From assembly GCF_006345805.1 (NCBI RefSeq), contig NW_021835743.1, forward strand, positions 1 through 41,599: DNA of 41,599 nt. Direction: 5' to 3'. Source of the stretch: Octopus sinensis. Its lineage: Eukaryota. The notes below the pieces were generated by a model that was given only the letters and a program-made list of their open reading frames with translations, made no database searches and was not told the origin of the DNA. The translations under genes and the position numbers were made by a program. Shown here piece after piece: positions 1 through 15,286 of the stretch. Positions within the stretch are counted from its first letter, which is position 1, and every line of letters starts with the position of its first letter.

Positions 1-539
1 CGTTTATTGATTTCGTCAGTGCAAAACTGAATTTTATATAATATATTTACTTATTTACCTGCGTGGGTGATAAAAGTTTTGTGTTTCTCAAACCAGAAAG
101 ACTACGAGAGAGCGCGAGCGAGCGGGAGTGAGATAAAGAATGTATCGTCCCAGTCAATAGCTTTCTGAATCAGAACGAGGCAGAAAATGAAAGCTGAAAG
201 CAGTCCACCATTTTCCCTTTCTTCTTGATCTAGACTGCATTTTTAGTTCGTAGTCAATTCTTACACGAATTCAAATGCCCATGGAAAAAAACTTCCATTC
301 ATTTTAAGCCTTATTTTGCCATTTAGAATTAAACATGGCGCGGGAGTTATATGCTCAGGTTTCTGCTTTTGGTTTCTAGCGTTCGTGGTTGGCCATATCA
401 ATACCGTAAACCAACTCAAATAATTTTGTAAATCCATTTTATGAAATGATGATCGGGAGGTCTTTAAATTAATATTTGCTGTTGGTCAATCCAATGCAAG
501 GAAAACAGAAAGAATAAGACTGAAACACACACATACGCA

Positions 540-1150
540 ATCACATGCACACACATACATACATACATACATACATACATACATACATACATACATACAC
601 ACATACATACATACTACATACATACATACATACATACATATAAGACAATTCGAAGTCACTGTTTAACTTTTTCTTGAAAAAGTTTAATAAATATGTATGC
701 TACTAAAAGCAATTTAACATAATCCTCCAGTTACTGTTAATGATTTTTATATATAACTTGATATAAAAATGAATATCTATGTGTGTGTGTGTGTGTGTGT
801 GTATGTATTTATGTATTTATGTATGCATGTATGCATGTATGCATGTATGCATGTATGTATGTAAAAATATATATTTATATATCTATGTGTGTATGGATGT
901 TTGTAAAATTCAAGAATATGACTGGTTGTGAACTTAATAAGGTCACTGGAGATTACATGCTTCCGGATACATACACAACACACACACACACGTCTGTGTC
1001 TGTGTGCGCGCGCGTGTCTGGATGTAAAGATAGATAGATAGATAGATAGATAGATTAGATAGATAGATAGATAGATAGATAGGCAGGTAGGTAGGTAGGT
1101 AGGTAGGTAGGTAGGTAGGTAGGTAGGTAGGTAGGTAGGTAGGTAGGTAG
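540..1150. repeat. Compound microsatellites (ACAT)n, (GT)n/(ATGC)n, (GATA)n, (GGTA)n
   Basis: Direct reading. Representative of dozens of TA/CA/CT/GATA/TAG tracts across the window (e.g. 1985-2225, 3032-3770, 5333-5513, 6510-6762, 11057-11460, 27660-27860, 37170-37480). Confidence 0.95.
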
Positions 1151-1363
1151 ACATTGCTTGTTCAAAAGATTGAATCCACCTCAATGTTTGTCTGTGTGTG
1201 TGTAAAAAATAATTTCAAATCGTTCTTCTATATTTTAAACTTTCTGCATTGTCAGATATTTTCCTTCTTTCATTATTCTTCTCCTATAGTACAATGATTC
1301 AAGCGAACTACAACTCTCTTCTTTCATATATCCACATATCTATATTCTAATTTTTCTTTACAG

Positions 1364-1405
1364 ACTCAGTTCTTGTGCTCTGGATGTTGACTATTGCGAC
1401 TACAG
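1364..1405 (+). CDS. Candidate 42-bp internal coding exon (phase 2-2 reading: x-LSSCALDVDYCDY-AG)
   Basis: Branch-like TCTAAT at 1346-1351, then polypyrimidine tract tttttctttacag| and a perfect donor AG|GTAAGT at 1404-1411. Length is a multiple of 3. Open in phases 1 and 2; phase 2 joins in frame to the 29249 exon as ...DYCDY-S-SDVGDE. Phase and partner exon are inferred. Confidence 0.65.
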
Positions 1406-1659
1406 GTAAGTTATTTTATTTTTAACCTTCCATACAATCCCTCTCTCGCTCCCTCTCCTCCTCTCTCTCTCTCTCTCTTCTTATCTTTCTCTCTTTCACC
1501 TCTCTCTTATCTACACTCTTTCTACCTCTTCCTTTCTCTCCCTTGCACTTAACTGACCTATCATTAAAACAACAACAACCAATCGAAAAGAAAAATATGA
1601 AAAAAAAAAATGGATAAAATCCAACCTGTTTGCGCTATGTTTATGCTGTGATGGGATTG

Positions 1660-1825
1660 TTGTTATTGTTGTTGCTTTTTAACCCTAGGCCAGGACTAAT
1701 TTTGTAGACTTATGGCGAAAGGTGTTCTATAACCATCCCGTCTTTTATTCAAGCGGTGTATCTCGGACTACATTATCCAGGATGTATTTGAGGGAGATGT
1801 GGCTGTTGTTTTTACTCGCCATTTA
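1660..1825 (-). mobile_element. 3' portion of a SINE-like interspersed repeat ending in an (AAC)n-like tail
   Basis: The reverse complement (cagccacatctccctcaaat...gataatgtagtccgagatacac...cctagggttaaaaagcaacaac) resembles the + strand copy at ~35460-35650 (caaccaaatccctcaaat...gtgtagtctatgatacac...gctgacctagaatttaacaa). Confidence 0.4.
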
Positions 1826-2027
1826 ATTATTTGGATAATCTCAATTAATTATCGTTACTTGCTACTTTCCGTATTAAATCTGTAAAGTCCTACATGTGTT
1901 TAACATGGAGAATGATCCTGTCAGGTATTTTCCGTCATATTGTTGGTAGCCATAATCACCGTTACAACGTTCTGTTCCCCACCTTCTCTCCATCTCCCTC
2001 TCTCTCTCTCATCTCCTTCTCTCTATC

Positions 2028-2064
<37 letters not shown>

Positions 2065-2132
2065 TCTCTCCTCTCTCTCTCTCTATCTATCTATCTCTCT
2101 CTCTATCTCTATCATCTATCTATCTATCTCTC

Positions 2133-2163
<31 letters not shown>

Positions 2164-2846
2164 CTCTCTCTCTCTCTCTCTTTTTCACACACACACACAC
2201 ACACACACTTATACATACATATACACATGTGCATGTTAACTTTAGACTTGCCAACTGAGTAGTATGTGCTTCGCGGAGGAGGTCAACTAAGGTCAACGTA
2301 TCTTTTCATTGCCTCCATCAGATGGTTTTACTGAGCAAATCCATTTCAGTTTAGATCAGTTACATTGACCCCAAATTCCTCTCCAATGATCTTATCACCG
2401 TCGCTTTGTTGCTTTCAGATTTTAAACATACCCCTCTAATTGCTTAAATAATTTCAGCTGGTCAAAGATGTTCTATTGCGGCATTACTGCAATTCATTGC
2501 ATCAGCCAATAGTTGTAAGCGAGTGTCACTGTCATGCTAGAGGTCTGCTTTGTTTTCAGCCTCCCACGTGATGATGTCTGGGTATGGAGAAATATTACTT
2601 TACATGTAAACGGGTGGTGAGGGTGGTTAGTAACTGGAAAGCGATCTGGCTGCACGAAAATCTGATTCGTATGAGCATGGAAAAGGAGTTCTTTTATATA
2701 TGCATTGTTTTGATGCAACATTTTCTATCATTGGTAAAACTGACGTCGCTTTTGACACCACGGGTATACTAGTGGCGAAGACTTTATACCGAGAGGGAGA
2801 GAGCGGGGGAGGAGATAAAACATAGTGGTAGCAGCAGCAGCAACTA

Positions 2847-2885
<39 letters not shown>

Positions 2886-3033
2886 AAGCTGCGGTTGTTA
2901 TTGTTAATGTCGCAATTGTTCTCGGTGATATTTTCCTCGCCGTACATTGAACCCGCCACCCCGCCCATTCACCGGTTCACCCATCCTCTCGAAAATTCTT
3001 CTGCGGGAAACATTGACACCCACACATCAACAC

Positions 3034-3079
<46 letters not shown>

Positions 3080-3222
3080 ATGTGTGTGTGTATGTATGCA
3101 TGCATGCATGTATGTATGTATGTATGTATATATGTATATATATATATATATATGTATATACATATGTATATGTATATATCATATATATGTGTACAGCGCA
3201 TTTCTATATATATACATCTATG

Positions 3223-3273
<51 letters not shown>

Positions 3274-3398
3274 TACATGCATACATATATAAAATGTATG
3301 CACGTTTATGCTCATATATATTCATATAGAAACATCCGCATATATGGATGCATATGTATATGTATGTGTATACATATATACACATATATATATGTCTG

Positions 3399-3436
<38 letters not shown>

Positions 3437-4022
3437 CAGACATATATGTGTATATACATATATATATATAAACATACATGCATACACACACACTCTTATA
3501 AACACGTACACCAGACAAACATGCTCATATCTCTATGTATGTATGTATATATGTGTGCGCATGCACCTCACTGTACGTATGTGTGTGTGTGTGTTGTGTG
3601 TGTGTATTTACACACACACACAGACCAACATCTATATAAACACATGCATACTCGTATACACATACATATATATACGAACACACGTAAATTTGTACGCATT
3701 TAAATCCTTACATACACACCTATATGCATATACACACGCATATACATACGCACACTTGTATATATATACGCACGCTTAAACACACGCTGTACACGGATGA
3801 CCTTAAAACAATGACTGAAAGAAAGAAAGAAAGAAAGAAGAGAAACTAGTCGCACTAAATTCCATAGTTTTCACATTATTTCTCTTCCTCCTCTCTACAT
3901 ATCTTTGATTCTATCTTTCTCCTGCCACTCTCTGCCACTCTCTCACTCTCTCTCTCTATCTCTCTATCTCTCTCTCTCTCTTAGACGTACATAAATACAT
4001 ATATACACATAATACTTACATA

Positions 4023-4053
<31 letters not shown>

Positions 4054-4134
4054 CATATATATATATGTGTGTGTGTGTGTGTGTATGTGTGTGTGTGTAT
4101 ACATCACCCAAAGAAATGCACGCAGGAATATCCC

Positions 4135-4224
4135 TTTACTCTTTTACTTGTTTCAGTCATTTGACTGCGTCCATGCTGGAGCACCGCCTTCAGTCGATCA
4201 AATCGACCCCAGGACTTATTCTCT
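4135..4224 (-). mobile_element. SINE family A, 3' tail fragment
   Basis: Matches the shared tail gaataagtcctggggtcgattt...ggcggtgctccagcatgg...cagtcaaatgactgaaacaagtaaaagag also seen at 9220-9313, 23179-23272 and 26455-26545. Confidence 0.85.
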
Positions 4225-5330
4225 GTTAGTAAATGTTTTTTCTTACACACACACACATGCACGTACATACACACACACATGCACACACGCACACACACAA
4301 ACAAACAAACAAGCACTCACACACACAGATATACATACAGATCCAATGAGTGAATTAATGCAGTCTTACTGGCAAGATTCATAACAAAAGTCTACAGAAA
4401 CACTGACCGTTTACCTGCTACTCTGTGCACATATTTACAGGTGTTGTTAAAGTGGCACCTCAGCCTGAAAATATAACATAGAAGCCAACATAGGAGTTAA
4501 CAGAGGCTTGTGTACATAGAGAAGCAACAATGCGTGTATTCTTCACTACTAGTACAACATGAATCGAAAGCCAACCCTTCATAGCTGCGCGACGTCATGG
4601 AAAGTAAATACTGTGTTGGTATGCTGGAGCATAGATTTAACAAGCGTTACGTCGACCACACATCATCTTTCAGACACTGTGGAAGATGAAGAACATGACA
4701 TCGAATTATAGCTGATATATATATTAAAAAAAGGGCATGAAATTTATATTGATATCGAGTACAAAAACAAAATATTTTTATGGGTCTGAAAAATGGAATC
4801 TATGTTGAAAGAGATTAATCTCGAACTCAAATATATCAGTTCTGTGAAGTATCTGAACATGAGATTGGAATTATTTACGAAATGCTTATAGAAATACCTG
4901 CTAAAAGTTTGGAAGTCAAATCCAGTCCCGTATTAAAGGAACTAACAGTGATCAGTTCCACACTCACATTTTTCATTTTCTTTGTTTGACCATCTTGCAG
5001 CCCTACCTAAATAGTTCAGCTATTATGATACAATGATTCGCTTGTTTTGAAGGTTTCTCCTTTCTCTCCGGAAGCAAAACACAACTTCAGAAACTTTTCC
5101 TAAACTCTTTGTTACTTCCGATATTTCTGTTGAAATTTGTCATTCTAAGAAAAACAACTCACTTCGACTAAGAAACTTCAAACAGAATTCTGTTTCTTGT
5201 AACACCTCAGAGTAATGGCGTTGAATTTAAGCCGTTCGTACATTCAGTACTTTCATGCGAGTGAAAGACGTTTTTGTGGCAGGCCACGAGTCTCATATCG
5301 TCGGAAGTCTTTTGGACCATTTCACCTCCA

Positions 5331-5690
<360 letters not shown>

Positions 5691-6601
5691 TATGAGGTGG
5701 GGTAGGTGTGTGTATGTGTGTACAGGAGTACCCATACTATATACATATGCGAATATGGACAAATATATAAAAGAAAAAGAAAATTTCGAGAGTGTAGCGA
5801 ACCTATCTTGGGAAAGGGCAAAACTTTTAGAAGAGGGCTTGGTAAAAATAATAAAATGGTTAGGACAATAATATAGGTAGGTGTGTGTGTGTGTTCTCTG
5901 GGTATTTGTGGTCGCCAAGCATTTATAAAATATACTACGGTCCTGAGGAAACGTCATCGACGAATTAACAAGGAGAATCATTAAGAGAATTTTACTGATG
6001 CTTAAAATGGAAAACAGAAGGAAACACTGGAAGCATCTAGAACAGAGTCACGTGACAGACGACGGCGACGACGACGACGGCTACGACGACGGCGAAGGTG
6101 ATCATGGAGGAGCAAAAGAAGGAGGGAGCGACGAGAAAGAAGAAGAAAGGAAATAAGGAACAATGAAAGTAAAACAATTGAAAATATGAATAAAAACACA
6201 CAATGTATAGATTTAGAAATAAAAGGCCAGAAAGTGAGAAGGAAAAGAATGACGAAAGAATGAAAGAATAAAAGGAAGATTGAGAGGCAGTGAAGGAAAG
6301 AGAGTCAGGGGTGGTGAGAGAAAGTGAGAGGGAGAGAGAAGAGCAGAATAAACCGGAAACGAAGGACGATCAGCGAAAAGAGAGGAAAAAAGCCGCAAAG
6401 AAAGTGAAATAAAACAAACAACAGGAACAAAGCTATTAACACAACAATGTGTTGTCATTTATTGTGTCCCAACCGGAGGGAGCAGGGCGCTGTGTACGTG
6501 GGGTGTGTGCGTGTGTACGTGGGTGCTTCGGTGTGTGTATGTTTGTGTGCGTATGTGTTTGTGTGCGTATGTGTTTGTGTGTATTTTTGTGTATGTCTGT
6601 G

Positions 6602-6647
<46 letters not shown>

Positions 6648-6684
6648 AGTGTGTATGTGTGTGTGTGGTGTGTGTGTGTGGTAT

Positions 6685-6721
<37 letters not shown>

Positions 6722-7025
6722 AGTGTGTATGTGTGTGTGTGTGTGCGTGTGTGCGTGTGTGTTATGGGATCTATAGAAATAGTCTTCCTTATGGTGGAAT
6801 TATCAATGAATTGTCATTGAAGATTGGCCGTGTGTAAACAATCATATTCCAGCTCGTGTATATAGTCTATATATCCACCTGTAATCAGATACAACCACAC
6901 ACACACACACGCACACACATACACACACATATAGACATGGGTATACATATATGTATGATATAGATAGATATCATATATATTATATATATATATATATATA
7001 AATGTGTGTATGTGTTTGAGTGTCT

Positions 7026-7211
7026 GTGTTTGTCACCCCCACCTGACAACCAATCTTGGTGTGTTTACGTCCTCGTAACTTAGAGGTTCGGCAAAAGAGA
7101 ATGATAGAATAAATACCAGGCTTACAAAGAATAAGTCGTCGGCGTGGGGGTGGGGCAATCTATTCGACTGAAGGCGCTGCTCCAGCATGGCCACAGTAAA
7201 AGAATAAAAGG
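7026..7211 (+). mobile_element. SINE family A, 3' half
   Basis: tgacaacc...ggtgtgtttacgtcc..gtaacttag.ggttcggcaaaagag...aggcttacaaagaataagtc...gctccagcatggcc, homologous to 8973-9313. Confidence 0.8.
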
Positions 7212-7294
7212 ATGTGTGTGTGTGTGTGTGTGTACAGACAGATGATTTACCTGACCAAACGTTCATTATCTGCCTTCCTTCTTCCTATATTTTT

Positions 7295-8703
<1,409 letters not shown>

Positions 8704-8972
8704 TCTATTTCAAGCAAATCTCTTTGCTGTGCGTTGTGGCTTTCATTGTTTTCCTCATCTCACCTGATAATCCGACTTTCTTTATGACTTATCGACTAAT
8801 ATCTTTATCAATATATCTACAGATACTCGTATGTCTATATATATATGTGTGTGTGTGTATGTGTGTGTTTGTATGTATACATATGTGTGTGTGCGTGTGT
8901 GTGCGTGTTTATATACATACAGATATAGAAATCTGTACATGTGTGTGTGTGTATGTGTGTGTGTGTGTGTGT

Positions 8973-9313
8973 GTGTGGCAAGTAGCTTCCTCGCCAACTA
9001 CATGGTTCCGGGTTCAGTCCCACTGCGTGGCACCTTGGGCAAGTGTCTACTAAAGCCTGGAACCGACCAAAACCTTGTGAGTGGATTTGGTAGACGGAAA
9101 CCCGTATGTACGTATGTGTGTGTAAATGTTTGTGTGTCTTGACAACCGATGCTGGTGCGTTTACATCCCCGTAACTTAGCGGTTAGGCAAAAGACACCGA
9201 TTGAATAAGTACCAGGCTTACAAAGAATAAGTCCTGGGATCGATTTGCTCGACTAAAGGTGGTGCTCCAGCATGACCACAGTCAAATGACTGAAACAAGT
9301 AAAAGAATAAAAG
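8973..9313 (+). mobile_element. SINE family A, near full length
   Basis: tRNA-like head with B-box-like ggttccgggttcagtcccactgcgtggcaccttgggcaagtgtc, central body and AAAAGA tail. Same family at 17908-18052, 26455-26868 and 28027-28092. Confidence 0.9.
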
Positions 9314-10060
9314 CGTATGTACATACACACACATACACACACACACATATAAGTACATTATTCAACTGAATCTTGTTTATACTATATATATATGTATATT
9401 TGTATATATGTATGAGTGTATGTTTGTAGATAGATAGATGGATAGATAGATATCGGTATACAAACACACACACACACACACGCGCACACACACATACATG
9501 CATGAGGAGCGGTACTGGTCTTTTTGTTTTCTATCTTTTGTTAAACCCTTCTCTGCTTTTCGTCACGTTTGTCTTCTGTGTGTAGACACTGTTTATATAG
9601 AGCTTATCAAATATGCATAACCTTCCATATTCGTGTATATAGATACACTTATGTATCTATATATACGTGTGCATTTATATATATACATACATATGTATGC
9701 ATATATGTATATATATGTTTGTATGTATGTCATTGTTCAGTTTTACTTCAAGATTTCTTGCCTACAGAGAAAGAGCTGGTTTCTAACCTAGATTCAAGGC
9801 TTCTTCATTGGAATTTCAACATCAACAACAGGGTATTTTTGCATGTATGTATGTATGTATGTATGTGTGAGTGTATGTATGTATGTACATGTATCCTCCA
9901 TGATGAATACCGGAATTTGATTCAGCCCGACAGCTATTTGCAACGTCAGTTAAAGTGCTATTACCTTTTTCCAATATCAGTAATGCCGAATGCTCATTCG
10001 AGTGAGTGGCCGGGAGCCTTTTACGCGCCCCTAACAACACCTCAAAGGCCAGGATGCATC

Positions 10061-10758
<698 letters not shown>

Positions 10759-11079
10759 ACGTTTATTTCTGTACGTAATAGGCACATATTTGTGTATATG
10801 TATATCTGTGTGTGTGTGTGTGTGTGCCTATGTGTAAACAAAAAAAAATGGAAGTAACTAATCAAAAGAATTAATAAAATAATTAATTAAAGCAAACAAA
10901 AAAAACTGTAATTAATGGCGAAATAATTGATGACGGTGAGGGAGAAGGGTCGGGGGAACAGGAAGGGAGAACACTGGGTGTCTGCGAGACTGATTGATTT
11001 TTAGTGAATGGTTTTTGAAGATCAATGTGTGAGGCAGGTGTACTGTATATAGGGTGCGGCAGCAGCAGCAGCAGCAGCG

Positions 11080-11142
<63 letters not shown>

Positions 11143-11309
11143 CATGTATGTATGTATACAAAGATATATATATGAATATGTATATGTATATGTGTATATA
11201 TATATACATATATATATATATATTATGAATATGTATATGTGTATATATATATATATATTTATATATACGTAAATATACACATATATATATGAATATGTAT
11301 ATATATGTA

Positions 11310-11365
<56 letters not shown>

Positions 11366-12040
11366 ATACATAACCATATACACATACATACATACATAAC
11401 ATACATACATACATACATACATACATACATCATTAATAGACATATATACATACACACAGAGACACAAACTGTCTTTATAGAAGCGAAAAACTTCACAAAC
11501 CGTTTTTGCGAGTGTCAGGTTACCAATCGTCAGACAGAAATACACTTTTAGATGAATTCCGATCCAGAAGTTCATTTGTGTCTGAAGATCGATCGGTTGA
11601 AACTTGGAGCAACCGTTTTCAAGGATTTCAACTTCAACAGTCTTAAGTCTATCTTTGGTATTTGAGTACTATTTTCTCCATTTTATCTGCTCTTATCCCC
11701 ACCCCATGTACGCACCGTGTGCACATACATACAATCATTCATACGCGTTTACATGTGGCAGGAAAAGTGTAAGGGGTTTCTTCGATCATGGCTGACCAAA
11801 GGTCTCTGCATCTGGAAAGCTCTCCAAAGCGTAGGCCAAGTCAAGTTTTCTTTTATGGAAGGCATGTATTTGATTTGGTTCAATGGTACTTAAAGTTTCG
11901 CAGGCTTCTTACAGAAACCTGGCTCGTTCTGTGATGAGAAAAGTGAGGATACCATGGCACCAGTTTTGTCGCGAGTTGACGTCAGAATGTAAAGAATAGA
12001 ACAGATCTTTTAACGCATCAAAGCCATCTTCCTGAATTGG

Positions 12041-12138
<98 letters not shown>

Positions 12139-12864
12139 CGTGTATGTGTGTGTTTGTGTTTGTGTATGTGTGCCCAGTGTGTCTGTATACATGTCTGTGT
12201 TTTATTGTTATTTCAAAAAGTTATTCAGAGAAGAGGCTGTCGTCCCATTGATCTCTGAAGCTCCCCGCCCAACAAGAATGGTGAATCTGTGACCGAAACG
12301 CCTTCAAATCGAAACCAATTGAAACTTGTGTGAAGAACTGTGGACAGAGCGATTCTCGAAGACTCACTGAAGAGTGAAGTCCACTAAAATCGTCCGAGTA
12401 GCATTTTGTGGTGTGAAAGAAGTGGGGGAACTTTGTTAACGGCATCTAAAGAACTAAAGTGATGGCGGCTCACAATGCACACCCTTACTCACATCCTCAA
12501 TAACTCGTTACCACCATTCTATACACACACACAACACCCTCACCACTCCATACGCAGACATACGCCGCTCCATACACACACACAACACATACAGGCACAC
12601 TCATACATACACGCACATGATTAAAACACACCCTGCTGTCTATAATCACGATCTCTCTTCGTGCGCTCTCTAACACTTCACTGTAAACATTATTTTGTGG
12701 GGTGGGAGTAGAGTTCGCTAACATATTTATTTTATGAGCAGACATACAAACACACACACACACATGTATTCAGTCATACATATATTCATACACACAAACA
12801 CACACCTAAATCGCTTAATTAATGTGAGATGTGCTTGTATTATAACTATGAATGAACGTGTATA

Positions 12865-13166
12865 CATAGACAGACAGACGGACGGACGGATGGGTGGCTT
12901 GGGTGGATGGATGGATGGATGGATGGATGGATGGATGAGTGCATGGGTGGGTGGGTAGGTTTTGGATGGGTGGATGGATGGATGGATGGATGGATGGATG
13001 GGTGGATGGATGGATGGATGAGTGCCTGGGTGGGTGGGTAGGTTTTGGATGGATGGATGGATAGATGGATGGATGGATGGATGGATGGGTGGATGGATGG
13101 ATGAGTGCATGGGTGGGTGGGTAGGTTTTGGATGGGTGGATGGATGAATGGATGGATGGATGGATA
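12865..13166. repeat. (GGAT)n microsatellite with an 83-bp higher-order unit (3 copies)
   Basis: gagtgc(a/c)tgggtgggtgggtaggttttggat recurs at 12937, 13020 and 13103. Confidence 0.9.
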
Positions 13167-13229
13167 GTTATTCATACAAATTTATCTATGGTTACATACA
13201 ATGCACACGAACATAGCGCAGTCCTGATG

Positions 13230-13975
13230 TAGGAGAACCTCCAACTCAGTCCAGTCAAGAAACCTCACAGATCCAGGACGACCCTGACCACCAAGTGCAC
13301 AACTTCTTGATCAACAGTTGATCTCCAGTCTACAAGTGCATGCTTAAAGGAGGCCCACACACCCTAACCATTTATGCCACAGACATTCATCTTTTGATAA
13401 ATTCCTTAAGGGACAGCACTTCCCTCTCCATCCTCACTCCCTTATCTAATTGGAACTTAAACAAAAGTTGATGAAGGTTGACCGAAGAAGAAAATATCTG
13501 ACCCGAACCCTTTCCACCTTGTCCACCAGACAACCTCCTTCGCCATAGCTACAAGACAGAGGAACACCGCCAGTCCTGCTTCGTTAAAGAGAGTTATGGG
13601 ATGATCCTAACGATAGCCTCAGCCGATAATCTGATTTGTCCTCAAAAATCGGGAATGCCTGGACGCTGTCCGAGCGCGTTCAGTACGGCTTCATTGGTAG
13701 TGACCCTCGCTCGATAAAGCTGTTAGGCCAAGGATTTACTAGAAGTTACCCATCGTAGTCACTCGTCCGAAAATCCTCCTTAGCTGACCAGATAGTACGT
13801 CTTAGTCGGCGCCAAGAGATTCCCTGAGAACGTCATCGCTCTCACCTACCACTAAATCTCTCTATATAGCTAACATAGAACTCCTAGAGGCCACATTGAC
13901 CGACCCGTAGAGGGCGGTGAGCGCATCACGATATTCCAGACGCCATGTGCTTGCCAGACGCCATGTGTTTGCCAC
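13230..13975 (-). mobile_element. Degenerate L1/Tx1-like LINE ORF2 C-terminal fragment
   Basis: Hand translation across stops and frameshifts: WRLEYRDALTALYG...DDVLRESLG...LRRIFG...KSLA*QLYR...NEAVLNALGQRP (eroded zinc knuckle)...GQIRLSAEAIVRI...AVFLCLVAMAKEVVWWTR...VRMEREVLS...FIKR*. This resembles the recalled Tx1-type ORF2 tail; clade assignment is from memory. Confidence 0.6.
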
Positions 13976-14087
13976 AAGGGTGACAGATGGGAGAACATTA
14001 CAAGAACCAATAAGCTAGCCACCGACAATTTTTGTGGCAAATAAAGAAATTATTATTAAATAACAATATTTATGGGACTCTGCGTGT

Positions 14088-14138
<51 letters not shown>

Positions 14139-14402
14139 AATGTGACCAACTTTTGTGACTGTGGTGGGTCAACCACCCCATCCACACACCACATTACACC
14201 AACACCTATACGACTCACCCCCACCCCACGCGTTTAGTGATTTACGATGAGTTCCAGCTAGTTGCATTCTTGGTATGTACTGGTGACTTTCACCTGCTAA
14301 CGTATACGCACACACACACATGCACACATGTATACATACGCTCACACATATATGAGTATATGTATGTACATATGTATATAGATATATATTTACATACATA
14401 TA

Positions 14403-14440
<38 letters not shown>

Positions 14441-14493
14441 TATATATATATATGTGTGTGTGTGTGTTGTGTGTGTGTGTGTGGTGTGTGTGT

Positions 14494-14580
14494 GGAGGCG
14501 CAATGGCCTAGTGGTTAGGGCAGCGGACTCGCGGTCGTAGGATCGCGGTTTCGATTCCCAGACCGGGCGTTGTGTGTGTT
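14494..14580 (+). mobile_element. tRNA-derived SINE head (5' fragment)
   Basis: A-box-like TGGCCTAGTGG and B-box-like GGTTTCGATTCC are present, but the cloverleaf is defective and the sequence runs into (GT)/(TA) repeats. Confidence 0.7.
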
Positions 14581-15286
14581 ATATATATATATATAAACAT
14601 GATATCACGTGATATATATATATATAAACACGCATTCAGGCGTGAATTTCTCTACCGCTCGATCTGTCGTTTTATCCGTCTATCTTTCCACCAATCTTTC
14701 CATCATCACCTTTGCTAACAGCGGCTGTTACTCCTCCGACCATATGTGCTACTGGACCGCCACCCCGCACTGCTATTTCGCCCCCTCCCCCTCACCCCGA
14801 CATCAACTGCCACCATCTCTAAGCCCCCCCCACCACCACCACCGCCACATCCACAATAAGTGGGTGGCCGCCATGTCATTTTTAACACAACATTAACCAC
14901 AACATCAATCAAACACCGTATTGTTTCTGTCATCTCTTCACACGCGTTTCTCTACTTTCACTTTTAAACCATTGTCAAATCGGATTAAAGCAGATTAGTG
15001 CCGGATTAAAATGTTGTGTCAATTTTACGACGTTGGCGGAAAACGCTTATGCTAATGAACGCGAGGTGTTGATGCCGGTATTCTTTGTTTTTTTTTTTGT
15101 GCTTGTCACGGTTGGCGAAGGTGGTGGTGGTGGTTCCAATGGTGTCTCTCATTATGGGATGAACATGACAATGACAACGATGATGACGATGAGGAGGAAG
15201 AGGATGATGATGATGCTGAAGGTGGAATACATGGCGGTAAGAGTTGTAGATGTAGGTGCGTGTATGTATGTGTTTGTGAGTATATA

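Noticed and set aside
2560-2581. Extra micro-exon (ttttcag|...|gtatgg)
   Set aside because: Its 22 bp would not preserve the inferred phase, and the donor is weak.
11580-11625. Hammerhead at CTGAAGA-TCGATCGGTT-GAAAC
   Set aside because: No viable helix II or cleavage triplet, and a competing stem CGGTTG/CAACCG.
12229-12280. Extra exon EEAVVPLISEAPRPTRM (ttattcag|...|gtgaat)
   Set aside because: Short pyrimidine tract, weak donor, and it ends in phase 0, which is incompatible with the phase-2 terminal exon without further exons.
14494-14570. Functional tRNA gene
   Set aside because: A and B boxes are present, but the anticodon and acceptor stems do not pair properly and there is no oligo-T terminator; it is a SINE head.
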